In this document: positions 19,595-30,915 of the stretch, one piece after another
Numbering within the stretch: the first letter of the stretch is position 1
Layout of the letters: each line of letters starts with the position of its first letter
DNA from: Patescibacteria group bacterium
GTDB taxonomy: Bacteria > Patescibacteriota > UBA1384 > XYA2-FULL-43-10 > 1-14-0-10-43-13
Assembly: GCA_041666325.1 (NCBI GenBank)
Contig: JBAYHC010000002.1
Span: forward strand, 51,635 to 115,634
Length of the DNA stretch: 64,000 nt
Direction: 5' to 3'
Position numbers and translations under genes: made by a program
Notes under the pieces: generated by a model
Database searches by the model: none
Seen by the model: the letters and a program-made list of their open reading frames with translations, nothing else
Told to the model about the DNA's origin: nothing

Positions 19595-19876
19595 ATGTTT
19601 AAACCACTCGCAGACAGAGTCTTGGTTAAGCCGCTTCCAGCAGAGGAGATTACAAAATCGGGTATTGTTATCCCTGACACTGCTAAGGAAGCGCCAGCAG
19701 AAGGGGAAATTGTTGGTTTAGGTGATGGCAAGTTAAAAGAGGGCAAGAAGCACGATTTTTCCGTCAAGAATGGCGATAAAGTGTTGTACTCAAAGTATGC
19801 CGGCGACGAGATTACTCTCGATGGGGTCGAACACAAGATCATGAGAGAAGATGAGATATTGGGAATTTTAAGTTAA
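19595..19876 (+). CDS. groES: Co-chaperonin GroES
   Basis: KPLADRVLV, TKSGIVIPDTAKE and KYAG motifs. Confidence 0.97.
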   Translation: MFKPLADRVLVKPLPAEEITKSGIVIPDTAKEAPAEGEIVGLGDGKLKEGKKHDFSVKNGDKVLYSKYAGDEITLDGVEHKIMREDEILGILS

Positions 19877-19887
19877 AATTCCTCCTG

Positions 19888-21643
<1,756 letters not shown>

Positions 21644-21661
21644 TTTCTGTATTAAAAAAAC

Positions 21662-21694
21662 AAAAGAGTCCTGGAGAAATCCGGGGCTTTTTTT
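21662..21694. terminator. Terminator between groEL and the convergent gene
   Basis: aaaagagtcctgga-gaaa-tccggggctttttt. Confidence 0.7.
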
Positions 21695-21707
21695 GAGATA
21701 GATTGGA

Positions 21708-22220
21708 TTAAATACTTTCAACCGCCAGAGTAGTCGAGATTTCAGCGAGGCCGTAGTCGTCTTTGATAATGATTTTGTGGCCCTGAATGTCGGTGATGGC
21801 AGAGGCTGGTATTATTCTCTCTTTGAGAATGCTTTTGGTATAAATTTTGGTGATGGCAAAGCTTGCACTGTCGATAAGATAGTCGAAAACACGCCCGACC
21901 TTTCTACCGCTTTGAGTGACAACGATCTGATTTATGCCGACGAATCCCTTGTTAATAGCACTCGCTACCCTGACCAGGTCCTTGAGGTTGGAAACAGCTT
22001 CCTTGTTACCAACCATGACAGCATAGTTATTCAGACTAATTATGTCGGTTGTCGAGATGGCTTTGGTATCTCTTTTAATGAACGTAGGGCTCTTGATGGT
22101 TAGAGCGAGGATTACGAGGTTGGTTTCAGAAAAAACGATATCATCAATTTCGCCAAGTATGCTTTGGCTTTTGGTTTCAAAAACTTTTGCTCCTACGACT
22201 CTGGAATAGGGGATGATCAT
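21708..22220 (-). CDS. PRC-barrel domain protein (two barrels)
   Basis: V.G.KV....LGEIDD and VVTQSGRKVGRVFDY repeats. Confidence 0.75.
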   Translation of the reverse strand: MIIPYSRVVGAKVFETKSQSILGEIDDIVFSETNLVILALTIKSPTFIKRDTKAISTTDIISLNNYAVMVGNKEAVSNLKDLVRVASAINKGFVGINQIVVTQSGRKVGRVFDYLIDSASFAITKIYTKSILKERIIPASAITDIQGHKIIIKDDYGLAEISTTLAVESI

Positions 22221-22311
22221 TGAGTTCAGGCCTCCTTGCGTATTAGTATAGCACATTAGGAAAAAAGCGGAATTGATCTCAGTTTGATATTGATCTTTTG
22301 GTTCTCATAAT

Positions 22312-22351
22312 TACCAACAAAAAAGAGGCCTTGGCCTCTTTTTTGTTGGTA
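22312..22351. terminator. Terminator downstream of efp (bidirectional)
   Basis: taccaacaaaaaagaggcc-tt-ggcctcttttttgttggta, a long perfect stem. Confidence 0.8.
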
Positions 22352-22362
22352 TAACTTGTGGT

Positions 22363-22923
22363 TTAGTTGGCTCTTTCGACATATGAACCATCGCGGGTGT
22401 CTACGACGATTGAGTCCCCCTCTTTTATGAAGAGCGGTGCGTCGACTAATGCGCCTGTTTCGATGGTTACTTTTTTGGTCACTGAACCTGCGGTATTGCC
22501 CCTGACTCCTGGGGGAGCAGACGTTACCTTGAAGTTCATCTTAATAGGAAGCTCAATGTTGATCGCTTCATTGTTGAAGTAAATAATATCGACAGGAGTA
22601 TTCTCGGCCAAGTAGTTGATGTTGCTGCCGATTTTTTCGAGTGAGATATCAAACTGATCGTAGCTTTCCTCATCCATGAAGTAGGCACTGTTTTCATCGG
22701 AATAAAGAAAGGTTGATTTTTTCTTTGACAGAGATGCCTCCTCGACCTTGTCTGCTCCTTGAAATGTTTTATCGATTACGCCGCCGGTACGGAGGTTTTT
22801 CAGCTTGGTTTTGACAACTGCGCCTCCCCGTCCCATCTTGCTGTGTGAATAGCTCAAAACAACGTACGGGTCGTTTTCGTAAGTTAATTTGGCGCCGGTT
22901 TTTAGGTCAGTGATGCTTAACAT
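22363..22923 (-). CDS. efp: Translation elongation factor P
   Basis: 186 aa; KMGRGGA loop, PPGVRGNTA and VVDTRDGSYVERA motifs. Confidence 0.96.
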   Translation of the reverse strand: MLSITDLKTGAKLTYENDPYVVLSYSHSKMGRGGAVVKTKLKNLRTGGVIDKTFQGADKVEEASLSKKKSTFLYSDENSAYFMDEESYDQFDISLEKIGSNINYLAENTPVDIIYFNNEAINIELPIKMNFKVTSAPPGVRGNTAGSVTKKVTIETGALVDAPLFIKEGDSIVVDTRDGSYVERAN

Positions 22924-22940
22924 AGAAACCCCTGGTTTCT

Positions 22941-23060
22941 AGTTCATAAAGTACTGAGTTCATAAAGTGACGGAGCCGCCTTTGCCTCTAAGATTCATCG
23001 ATCTGAACAAAGCTGTGTATCACTTTATAAACCTTATGAACTTTATAAACTTTAAAAACT
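22941..23060. repeat. Inverted array of 9-nt units (gttcataaa / tttataaac)
   Basis: Same unit family as 54601-54706 (shared accttatgaact and actttataaac). Confidence 0.7.
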
Positions 23061-23063
23061 AAA

Positions 23064-23300
23064 TTATTCTGCAACGAATGGCATAAGTGCCAAGTGTCGA
23101 GCTCTCTTGATTGCCTGAGTAAGCTGGCGCTGATGCTTAGCGCAATTGCCAGTTCTTCCGGCGGACTCGATCTGGTTCCAGCGGTTGAGGTAACGTGTCA
23201 ACGCGGTGACATTTTTGTAATCAATTTCTTCTGTAAGTTTAGCTTTGCAAAACAAACATTTTTTGGTTCGAACATTGCTTTCTTTGCTGATGTAAGCCAT
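23064..23300 (-). CDS. rpsR: 30S ribosomal protein S18 (Zn-binding type)
   Basis: CLFC..IDYKN..RTGNCAKHQR..AIKRAR..LMPF. Confidence 0.95.
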   Translation of the reverse strand: MAYISKESNVRTKKCLFCKAKLTEEIDYKNVTALTRYLNRWNQIESAGRTGNCAKHQRQLTQAIKRARHLALMPFVAE

Positions 23301-23388
23301 AAAATCTCCTGATTAAGTACTAATTGTGAAAGAAATCGCTTTATTCCAGCTTGACTTAGAACTTAGTACTTTTAACTATTTGGTAATT

Positions 23389-23844
23389 TTAAAATGGAAT
23401 TTCGTCTATATCAATTTCATCGTCGGATTGTTTTTTAGCAGCAGGCTCTTGGCTTTCGGATGTGGTGTCGACCGGGTTGCTGTCGCTCATGGTAGATGGG
23501 GCACTGCCGCCTCGTCCGCCAAGGACAATAACATTCTCGGCAACTATCTCGGTCTTAAACCGTTTGACGCCATCCTGCCCTTCCCAGCTTCTGGTTTGAA
23601 GTCGTCCTTCAACGAAAACCGGTCCGCCCTTTTTGAGCATGGGGCTCAAAGTTTCGGCTTGCTGGCCCCAAAGAACGATATCATGATATTCGGTTGCCTC
23701 TCCGCCGGCTGCGCCATCCTTGCCCTTCCAGCGTCTGTTGGTTGCTACGGTGAAGGAGGAGACAGGTTGGCCATTAGGAGTGAAACGCATTTCGGCATCG
23801 CGAGTCAAATTGCCTAGTATCTGTGCACGATTTAAATTTAACAT
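23389..23844 (-). CDS. ssb: Single-stranded DNA-binding protein
   Basis: LNRAQILGNLTRDAE, VEGRLQTRSW and C-terminal DEIPF. Confidence 0.96.
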   Translation of the reverse strand: MLNLNRAQILGNLTRDAEMRFTPNGQPVSSFTVATNRRWKGKDGAAGGEATEYHDIVLWGQQAETLSPMLKKGGPVFVEGRLQTRSWEGQDGVKRFKTEIVAENVIVLGGRGGSAPSTMSDSNPVDTTSESQEPAAKKQSDDEIDIDEIPF

Positions 23845-23854
23845 AGGAACCTCC

Positions 23855-23938
23855 AGTTTATTAGCTGGTAAGCTGGTAAGCATGTAAGCAGTAAGTTTAC
23901 ATTACTTACTAGCTTAATTCTTATTAGCTTATTGCTTA
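23855..23938. repeat. Inverted array of 8-nt units (gtaagctg / agcttatt)
   Basis: Seen directly; similar units at 61784-61842. Confidence 0.6.
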
Positions 23939-23939
23939 A

Positions 23940-24566
23940 TTAAAGTTCGTCGTTCAATATATCATCCAGCTCTTTGTCGAGCTTAGCCAGGCGATCTGCT
24001 TCAGTTTCTGGCTTCTTCGTTCCGCGTGTCTTTTTTGGAGCTGTTTCCTTTGTTTCGGCTGGCGCTTTGGCCTTTGCCTCTTCTTTAGTTTCAGTTGGTT
24101 CTTCTGATGGTTCTTCGGCGGGGGCCGCTTCCTCTTCTTTATCGTTTCTGACCGACATCAATTCGCGACTGTCCGCGGTTTCACCCTCTACTGCCTCAAA
24201 GGCTCGTTCTCCACCGGCGACTTCCTCAATTGCTTCTGCTCCTACAATTTCCTCTGCCGTCAGAGTAAGCTCCTCTGTGCCGTAATCCTTCACGATGATA
24301 AGGTGGCGGATAACTTGTGGGAAGAGATGTAATTGCCGTTCCAACGGAGTCATCCCATTGGCCGGGAGATCAAAGTTGATCGTAACATAGGTTGCGAACT
24401 CTTGTTTCTTAATTGGGTAAGCGAGCTTTCTTCGTTTCCAGATTTCTTCCTTGAGGAGCTTGCCTCCAAGATCAGAAACAAAACCGCCAACTTTGCCGGT
24501 TACTTTATTTAGATCGCTCTCTGGGACCTTGTCAGAGACAAGGTAGGTCATTTCATATGAACGCAT
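23940..24566 (-). CDS. rpsF: 30S ribosomal protein S6 with long acidic C-terminal extension
   Basis: MRSYEMTYLV..W.RRKLAYPIKK..VIRHLI; rpsF-ssb-rpsR gene order. Confidence 0.93.
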   Translation of the reverse strand: MRSYEMTYLVSDKVPESDLNKVTGKVGGFVSDLGGKLLKEEIWKRRKLAYPIKKQEFATYVTINFDLPANGMTPLERQLHLFPQVIRHLIIVKDYGTEELTLTAEEIVGAEAIEEVAGGERAFEAVEGETADSRELMSVRNDKEEEAAPAEEPSEEPTETKEEAKAKAPAETKETAPKKTRGTKKPETEADRLAKLDKELDDILNDEL

Positions 24567-24711
24567 GGACACCCTTTCTGTGGCAACCTCGGCTCGCCTG
24601 ATGGCGAGATGGGCTCTCTGGCCTTTCGGGCTAGAGAAAAAGGTTAATAAATATGTATTATGATTTGTGAATCATGAGTTATGGTAACAGAAAATGAGGG
24701 AAAATGCAAAT

Positions 24712-25815
24712 CTATTTCTTGACGTTGAACCTAAATATTGTCACGTCGCCATCCTGAAATATATACTCTTTGCCCTCGGTTCGAACCAAACCCTTTGATT
24801 TTGCTCCCGCCCAGCCATTCTGAGCATAGAGATCTTGCCAGGGGACAACCTCTGCGGCGATAAAGCCCTTCTGAAAATCAGTGTGAATGACGCCTGCAGC
24901 CTCGGGCGCCGTTGCGCCTTTGTTCGCGGTCCAGGCCCGAGTTTCCTTCTCTCCCGAGGTGAAGTAGGTGATTAGGCCAAGGAGCTCATAGGCCTTCTTG
25001 ATCAGTGAATTTAGCCCTGTTTCTTCCATGCCTAGTGCCTCAAGGTATTCTTTCTTCTCGTCGTCAGAGAGTTCGTTTAATTCAGACTCCACCTTGGCAG
25101 AGATAATAACCGGCTCTGATTTTTTGATCCTAGATATTGTTTCACTAATTTTTGTTTTGACGCTTTCGCTTTGTATTTGTTCCTCAGAGACATTGGCAAT
25201 ATAGAGAAATGGTTTCATTGTTAGGAGGGCAAGATTTTTGATTAGCTCCGTCTCCTGGTCATCAAGATTGGTTTCGTGGGCATTTTTGCCGGCATTGAGA
25301 GTATCCTTTATCTTTTGCAGTGCAGAGTGGGCGACCTCTGATTCCTTTGACCGAGCTTTCAACTCCTTTTCGACGGAGTAGAGTCGTTTCTCAACAGTTG
25401 AGAGATCTGCTAACTGAAGTTCCGTTTCAATTGTTCCAATATCGGAGACCGGATCAACTTTGCCCTCGGTATGAATAATGTTGCCATCCTCAAAGAAGCG
25501 TACGACCATAGCAATAGCGTCGCACTCGCGAATATGGGCCAGGAATTGATTGCCCAAACCCTCACCCTTGGATGCACCTCGAACAAGGCCGGCGATATCG
25601 ACGAACTCAATTACTGTTGGGACAATCTTCTCTGACTTGGAGACCTGGGCCAGTGGAGAAAGGCGTTCATCTGGGACCTCAACAACGCCAACATTAGGAT
25701 CAATTGTGCAAAAGGGATAATTGGCTGCCTCAGCTTTGGCGCCTTTGACAAGTGCGTTGAACAATGTAGATTTTCCAACGTTGGGGAGACCAACGATCCC
25801 GATTTGAAGTGACAT
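24712..25815 (-). CDS. ychF: Redox-regulated ATPase YchF
   Basis: GLPNVGKST, NYPFCTIDPN, DIAGLV and APEAAGVIHTDF motifs. Confidence 0.97.
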   Translation of the reverse strand: MSLQIGIVGLPNVGKSTLFNALVKGAKAEAANYPFCTIDPNVGVVEVPDERLSPLAQVSKSEKIVPTVIEFVDIAGLVRGASKGEGLGNQFLAHIRECDAIAMVVRFFEDGNIIHTEGKVDPVSDIGTIETELQLADLSTVEKRLYSVEKELKARSKESEVAHSALQKIKDTLNAGKNAHETNLDDQETELIKNLALLTMKPFLYIANVSEEQIQSESVKTKISETISRIKKSEPVIISAKVESELNELSDDEKKEYLEALGMEETGLNSLIKKAYELLGLITYFTSGEKETRAWTANKGATAPEAAGVIHTDFQKGFIAAEVVPWQDLYAQNGWAGAKSKGLVRTEGKEYIFQDGDVTIFRFNVKK

Positions 25816-25840
25816 TAGCTATCCTAATCAGTTTTTATTA

Positions 25841-25867
25841 TGTCATTCCCGCGGAGGCGGGAATCTA
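25841..25867. repeat. Single REP-like palindrome (TGTCAT family)
   Basis: tgtcattcccgc-ggag-gcgggaatcta. Confidence 0.7.
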
Positions 25868-26172
25868 TTCAATATTTCGTCTCACTCTACCACAAACCAC
25901 GCCTGATGTCGAACGGTCCACCGGTTGAGGTGTGTCAAGTGTCGAGGAACGACTCCCAAAATCCTTATTGTCAAAATTTAGCTAGAAAGTGAGATGTCCC
26001 CAAGGCTACCCGATTTAAACAATTCGACTATATTTCACGCGCAATATTGAACGTAATAATTGCTGTGGGTTAGGCCTTGTCAAAAAACAGGAGCCAGCGT
26101 AAGCACTGTCTCTTCGTGCAGTGTCCGAGGAACAATAGGTTTGAGAGAGAGTGATAAAAGTGTATAATTCAC

Positions 26173-27585
26173 ATGGATCCTAATAAAATTTTAAGTGCCG
26201 GGAACAAGGACATTATGGATAAAAATAAAAAGTCGGATAAACAATCGGGCAAACTGCAATGGAATCCATTAGACAGTAATAATACGGTCGGCGGATTGGT
26301 TAAGACTGCATATTCGCTGGAGGCAGGATCTAGTATTGTTGGTCAAATTATCTGGCAGTCATTTTATATTTTTTTGGTCATCTATTTTTCAGCTCAACTT
26401 AAAATTACGCCCATTCTCGCTATAGTTGCTGCTATTTGTGCTGGTATCTCACTCTGGATCTATTATCGTTCTTATAAAGTAATCAGAACTCTGCCAAACG
26501 AGAATAGTTTAGAAGGTTTTCAAAATATATTTATCCTTCGAGAACTGTATAAAATTCAAAAATCGATTGCTGATTCGCCAACGTCGCTCATTTTCTGGTA
26601 CTTATTGATACTTTATTTTGTTCAAAAATCACCGGGTTTTGAGTTTGTCCCGCATTCGGTAATCATTTTTCTCATTCTCATCTTTGCCGGTAATTTCTTA
26701 GTCGACCAGACGTTTGGAATAATTCGCTACCTGCAATATAAGCGCCATCTGCCTGAGGCCAAGAATAAAGCTCACGTTACTCAAATCGCAAAGCTGATTG
26801 ATGAAAAGATTGGTCTGGTCGGTTATTTAATTACAATGCCGATATTTTTTGCGTTAGCACTTCTTGTCGCAAGGAATATCGCTAATGGTGTACCAGGGCT
26901 TGCCACGATTCTCGCGTCAACTGGATCCCTGACTACAATCGTAATTGCTATTATTGTTTTTGCCAGCACATTGGTTATTATGCCGGTTTTATCAATGGTT
27001 ATTATTCGGCGGATCAATTCAATTGATTTTTCCCAATTTTCTGACCCCGTTATTCCTGTTGCAGTTGATTCTTCTCCTGTGATATCAAAAGAAAGGCGCC
27101 AAATTATTGATTCAGAGGAAAGATTGGTTTCCCTTTATGGTATTTGGAATACCCATAGTTACTCTGTCGAGGTTCTGGGAAAAGGCCAGCGCTACGATCC
27201 AGAGAACACCCTGATTATTACTCCCCACCGCCTTGTCTTTCTGAAAGTGCCAGTCTTCGGTGCCGGTGTTTCTATGGATGGTATTGACTACACTACCGAA
27301 GCAAATATTTGGGGGCGGGCAGATATCAGGGCGAAGGCCGAGGAGCTGGTTCAAAGCCATACCTTAGACGAGCTAGTTGAGAGAGATAAAGATAATTTTG
27401 TTCTCACTTATGACAAAATTAAAGAGGCCAAGCTAATCAAAAAAGGTTTTATTAATGTTCCGAGGCTTGAGGTTCATTCAATTGATGGCCGATCTCGCGC
27501 ATATTGCTGGCTGGACAAAACCTACCGTGGCATATTGGAAAGTACTCTGCCTAAAGTCTTAGGTGATCGGGCGATTATCGACTAA
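26173..27585 (+). CDS. Hypothetical multi-pass membrane protein with soluble C-terminal (possibly PH-like) domain
   Basis: About 6 hydrophobic segments, then LIITPHRLVF; AT-richer than its neighbours. Confidence 0.7.
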   Translation: MDPNKILSAGNKDIMDKNKKSDKQSGKLQWNPLDSNNTVGGLVKTAYSLEAGSSIVGQIIWQSFYIFLVIYFSAQLKITPILAIVAAICAGISLWIYYRSYKVIRTLPNENSLEGFQNIFILRELYKIQKSIADSPTSLIFWYLLILYFVQKSPGFEFVPHSVIIFLILIFAGNFLVDQTFGIIRYLQYKRHLPEAKNKAHVTQIAKLIDEKIGLVGYLITMPIFFALALLVARNIANGVPGLATILASTGSLTTIVIAIIVFASTLVIMPVLSMVIIRRINSIDFSQFSDPVIPVAVDSSPVISKERRQIIDSEERLVSLYGIWNTHSYSVEVLGKGQRYDPENTLIITPHRLVFLKVPVFGAGVSMDGIDYTTEANIWGRADIRAKAEELVQSHTLDELVERDKDNFVLTYDKIKEAKLIKKGFINVPRLEVHSIDGRSRAYCWLDKTYRGILESTLPKVLGDRAIID

Positions 27586-27823
27586 TCAGGCTCAGTACGT
27601 CCATGCCTGGAGAACGCTTCGAGATATAAATCTTGACGACAATTCCGAGTAGCCCAAAACGCTAACTCGCACTATTTGAGTCTTAGCGCTGATGGTTTTG
27701 ATCTCACCATTCGACCCAGCTTATCTCGTTGAACTGTCAGTTGTTCTTTTTGTGGTCGCGGAGCTGTGAAAGAGAACTGAAATTCTAAAAATCGGATTTG
27801 ATGAGGTAGATGCCTATTTGTCG

Positions 27824-27857
27824 AACAAAAAAGCCGCGGCGAATGCCAGCGGCGGGA
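27824..27857 (-). terminator. Terminator, copy 1 of an exact 34-bp direct repeat
   Basis: aacaaaaaagccgcggcgaatgccagcggcggga, identical to 28768-28801. Confidence 0.75.
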
Positions 27858-27876
27858 TGTATGAATAAACCATATC

Positions 27877-28701
27877 TCAATTGGTCAGTTCAGCCTCTTT
27901 TCGATAGAGGTCGCATAGGCGGCCAAGCACGACAAGCAGGGTGATTTGTGAAGTGAGGGTATCAACATCAACAGGCTGGAGCTCGGCCCCATGTCCTGGC
28001 TCCCAGGGATGAGCCATCCAAAGCATACCGCCACTCGGCGGGACCTTGAAGCGCAGTCCTGTCGGGAGATTAATGATTGTTTCAAGCCAGGACACATCGC
28101 TCTCGTCGCCAGCCATGGCTTTGTATGCTAGTTTGACTGGTGCTTCCAGGTCGGGCCAACTATAACATTGGCCTTTTTGTGATAACCAATTCATCAAATC
28201 AGCTGAAAGTGTAGCACAGAAAGAACCGCCACGCATTCCGAAGGTTGTGATGAAGTGGTCAATCGTCAGCAGCTGGCTGCCTGCGCCGCTTTGTCCTCTA
28301 TCATAGCCAAGGGCAGCAAACAGAAGATTGAGTGTGGCGGATATGCAGAGGATTGAATCATGGTTTGGCCTTCTCCAGCCTGAAACAGGGTCATACTCAG
28401 CTGTTTGCAGGTCAAAGTCTAGAACAACATCACTTGAACTGTCCTCAACGAAACCAACAAACATGTATGATGCAGCTCTACCGAAACCAAAGAAAGCAGT
28501 TCCCTCCTTGTGGTCAGCAAAGGGGGGTAGGCCGGAAAATCCTTTCTGCCTAGCTGCTTCCTGCCAATCTAATCGAAGAAGATTCTCCCAAACATCTCGT
28601 TTTATCCAGATGCGGAGGTTGGGGTCTCCGCCGGCAGCAGATAAGCGGTATCGTTCTGGTATTTTGCCACAAAGCAACGAAGGAACTCTTGCCTTGTCCA
28701 T
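27877..28701 (-). CDS. Hypothetical protein
   Basis: Long ORF with AGGAGG before ATG at 28701 and a terminator downstream. Confidence 0.7.
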   Translation of the reverse strand: MDKARVPSLLCGKIPERYRLSAAGGDPNLRIWIKRDVWENLLRLDWQEAARQKGFSGLPPFADHKEGTAFFGFGRAASYMFVGFVEDSSSDVVLDFDLQTAEYDPVSGWRRPNHDSILCISATLNLLFAALGYDRGQSGAGSQLLTIDHFITTFGMRGGSFCATLSADLMNWLSQKGQCYSWPDLEAPVKLAYKAMAGDESDVSWLETIINLPTGLRFKVPPSGGMLWMAHPWEPGHGAELQPVDVDTLTSQITLLVVLGRLCDLYRKEAELTN

Positions 28702-28767
28702 TTGGCTCTTCCTCCTGTGCGGTATAATTACCGCAAACTCTTTGTAGCACAATAGGATACAGCTCGC

Positions 28768-28801
28768 AACAAAAAAGCCGCGGCGAATGCCAGCGGCGGG
28801 A
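28768..28801 (-). terminator. Terminator, copy 2 of the 34-bp direct repeat
   Basis: Identical to 27824-27857. Confidence 0.75.
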
Positions 28802-28815
28802 GATGAAAGGGGAAA

Positions 28816-29742
28816 TTAGGCTCGGGGAGCGCGGTTCGGTGTAGGACGGATCCCATTGACCTCGACGGTAGCCGAGACAGTATGGGCACGCTCCTCGATG
28901 CGCTGTCGCATCCGGTCCAGGGCTTCCTTAATAGCCAAGATGTCCTGATTCGACTGGAACTGTGACAACAAGGTGGCAAGATACTCGATGGCGCCGGTAA
29001 CCTCGGGCACGTCGCCAACGATCTTGGCGAGCCGTGCCAAGATGGCACTCGCCTGGCCGACCGTTTCGACGTTGAGGTTCTCCGGGTCAACCAAGGCGTC
29101 AAGCATCCGCAAACAGGTCGCCGTGTCGGCCGTCTCGATCGAAATGGGTTGGTCAGACACGGGCTGTTGTCTTGGCTGCATAATGGCTGCGACTGCAGCC
29201 TGCACGTCCGGGGCAAATTCCGGCTTGGACTCAGGGGCAATATCAGGTGCTACCAAGGTGGCACAATATCCGTAGTCACTGAGATTGCCATCGTTCCCAT
29301 AAGTCAAACGTGTGAACAATATTCCGCTTGTGTCTCCGTGTCGAAATACAACATAGCTTTGGTCAAACACTGCGCTGCTGAGTGTGCCTTCGTTCAAAAA
29401 GAAGATTCTGATTTGGTTATCTCTGGTTTTGTACCATTGAACAACCGGTAGCCAAGTGGCACGACCGACTTTTTCGGCCTCTTCGACAATCTGTCTTGTT
29501 GCCCTGAACTTGTCCATAGCAGCCAGGACTGCTTTTTCGCCATAATACGCGCCTAAGCCGAAGAGCAGAATCGGTATGCCGTATACAAAAATGTTCATCA
29601 TGTGCAACGAACGAAGGACAAAAAAGATGATTATGCTAGCAACGGCAGCGCAACCAGTTGGTAGCCATCTTGGGGTGGGCTCCGATACCTCACCTGAGCG
29701 GTCTGGGACTTCGATCTCAAGTGGAATACACGGATTACTCAT
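28816..29742 (-). CDS. Hypothetical membrane protein (2 TM) with helical C-terminus
   Basis: 308 aa, GAGGG RBS, TTGACA..ATAAT promoter-like element upstream (~29800-29828). Confidence 0.7.
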   Translation of the reverse strand: MSNPCIPLEIEVPDRSGEVSEPTPRWLPTGCAAVASIIIFFVLRSLHMMNIFVYGIPILLFGLGAYYGEKAVLAAMDKFRATRQIVEEAEKVGRATWLPVVQWYKTRDNQIRIFFLNEGTLSSAVFDQSYVVFRHGDTSGILFTRLTYGNDGNLSDYGYCATLVAPDIAPESKPEFAPDVQAAVAAIMQPRQQPVSDQPISIETADTATCLRMLDALVDPENLNVETVGQASAILARLAKIVGDVPEVTGAIEYLATLLSQFQSNQDILAIKEALDRMRQRIEERAHTVSATVEVNGIRPTPNRAPRA

Positions 29743-29904
29743 GTTTTCCCTCTCTCACAGCGTTGTCGCACTCCGGCTCCAGGCACGGAATGCCGACATT
29801 ATTATATGCTTTTCTTTGAATTTGTCAATGTCAGAGGCGCACAATGCGACTCATGTATCAAAAAAGCGGAGTGGTGCTCCGCTGAGAGGTAATTTGCAAA
29901 TGGG

Positions 29905-30756
29905 TCAAAAGATGTATCGAACACCCTGTTGGGTCCAGCCGGCAAAGCCGGTGATGTCCTGATTCTCCCAATTGTCGGCATAGTGTATCAGGTGCATTTT
30001 GCCTCGGATTTCCGCCGGGAGTGTTTGCAGGTCGGCAAGCGGTGCGTGAACGGCACCGGGGAAGAATTGAACATCGTGGAACATAACACTCGACCTATCA
30101 GCATAGAAGTCAATCAATTGCCGGTCAAAGCGTGTGTCGCAGGAAACGAAGACGTGGCCATCGATAAACAAACCATAGCTCAGGAATGAATCTCCCCATC
30201 CCGTGGAGTTATCCGGGGTATGCATAGTGCGGAAGATCTCCAGATCGATGCCAGCGTAATTGCAGCTGAATATCTCGCGTGGTTGCTGCACTTTCCAGCG
30301 TGGTTGGACGATCGAGAAGTAATCAACGAGTGAGAGCCTTCGGCCGTCTGCTTCCTGCTCATTGTACTCAAGGCCGCCACGCAGCGAGCATTCCCAGAGT
30401 ACACGCTGATATTCAGGGGAAACGATCATCTTGAGTTTGTCTTTGCCAAGCATGCGCCGACCTTTGTAGCGGTTGGCTAAGGCTAACGTTTCGATTCCGC
30501 CTATGTGGTCAGCGTGCGAATGGGTGGGCAAGAGCACCTCAATGTCGGTCGGAGCAAGGTTGGCAGTTTGCCGCAATGCGATCTGGGCCTTCTGGCCAAA
30601 ATCAACCAAGATGTGGGTTTTGCCCTTAATGATAAGGAAATTGGTCTGGAAGTTGCGCTCGGCGTCCGCCGAGCCAACGCCGAGGAAGAAGAGTTCGAGT
30701 TGGCCATCATTTTGAAGACTGTATTTCTCTCCTGGCAACATGCCTCTTGTTTCCAT
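29905..30756 (-). CDS. Metallo-beta-lactamase-fold hydrolase (RNase Z/phosphodiesterase-like)
   Basis: LGVGSA, THSHADHIGG, H..D..H metal ligands; GGAG before ATG at 30756. Confidence 0.85.
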   Translation of the reverse strand: METRGMLPGEKYSLQNDGQLELFFLGVGSADAERNFQTNFLIIKGKTHILVDFGQKAQIALRQTANLAPTDIEVLLPTHSHADHIGGIETLALANRYKGRRMLGKDKLKMIVSPEYQRVLWECSLRGGLEYNEQEADGRRLSLVDYFSIVQPRWKVQQPREIFSCNYAGIDLEIFRTMHTPDNSTGWGDSFLSYGLFIDGHVFVSCDTRFDRQLIDFYADRSSVMFHDVQFFPGAVHAPLADLQTLPAEIRGKMHLIHYADNWENQDITGFAGWTQQGVRYIF

Positions 30757-30915
30757 TGGATGACTCCCTTTCTGTGGGTCAACGTTGAAGCACGCACGAA
30801 CCATACCACAGTGCCACCTAGGTGTCAAATGTAACGCGAAGGAATCGATGATTGACGTGGCCTTGTGGCCATGGTAGAATCACGCGTGTATTTTGACGAG
30901 GGAGGGAAGTGGAAG

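Noticed and set aside
25845-25864. Neisseria dRS3 repeat (ATTCCC-N8-GGGAAT)
   Set aside because: Fits the pattern, but is better explained as a member of the TGTCAT REP-like family seen at 37.7 and 39.4-40.0 kb; nothing else suggests Neisseria
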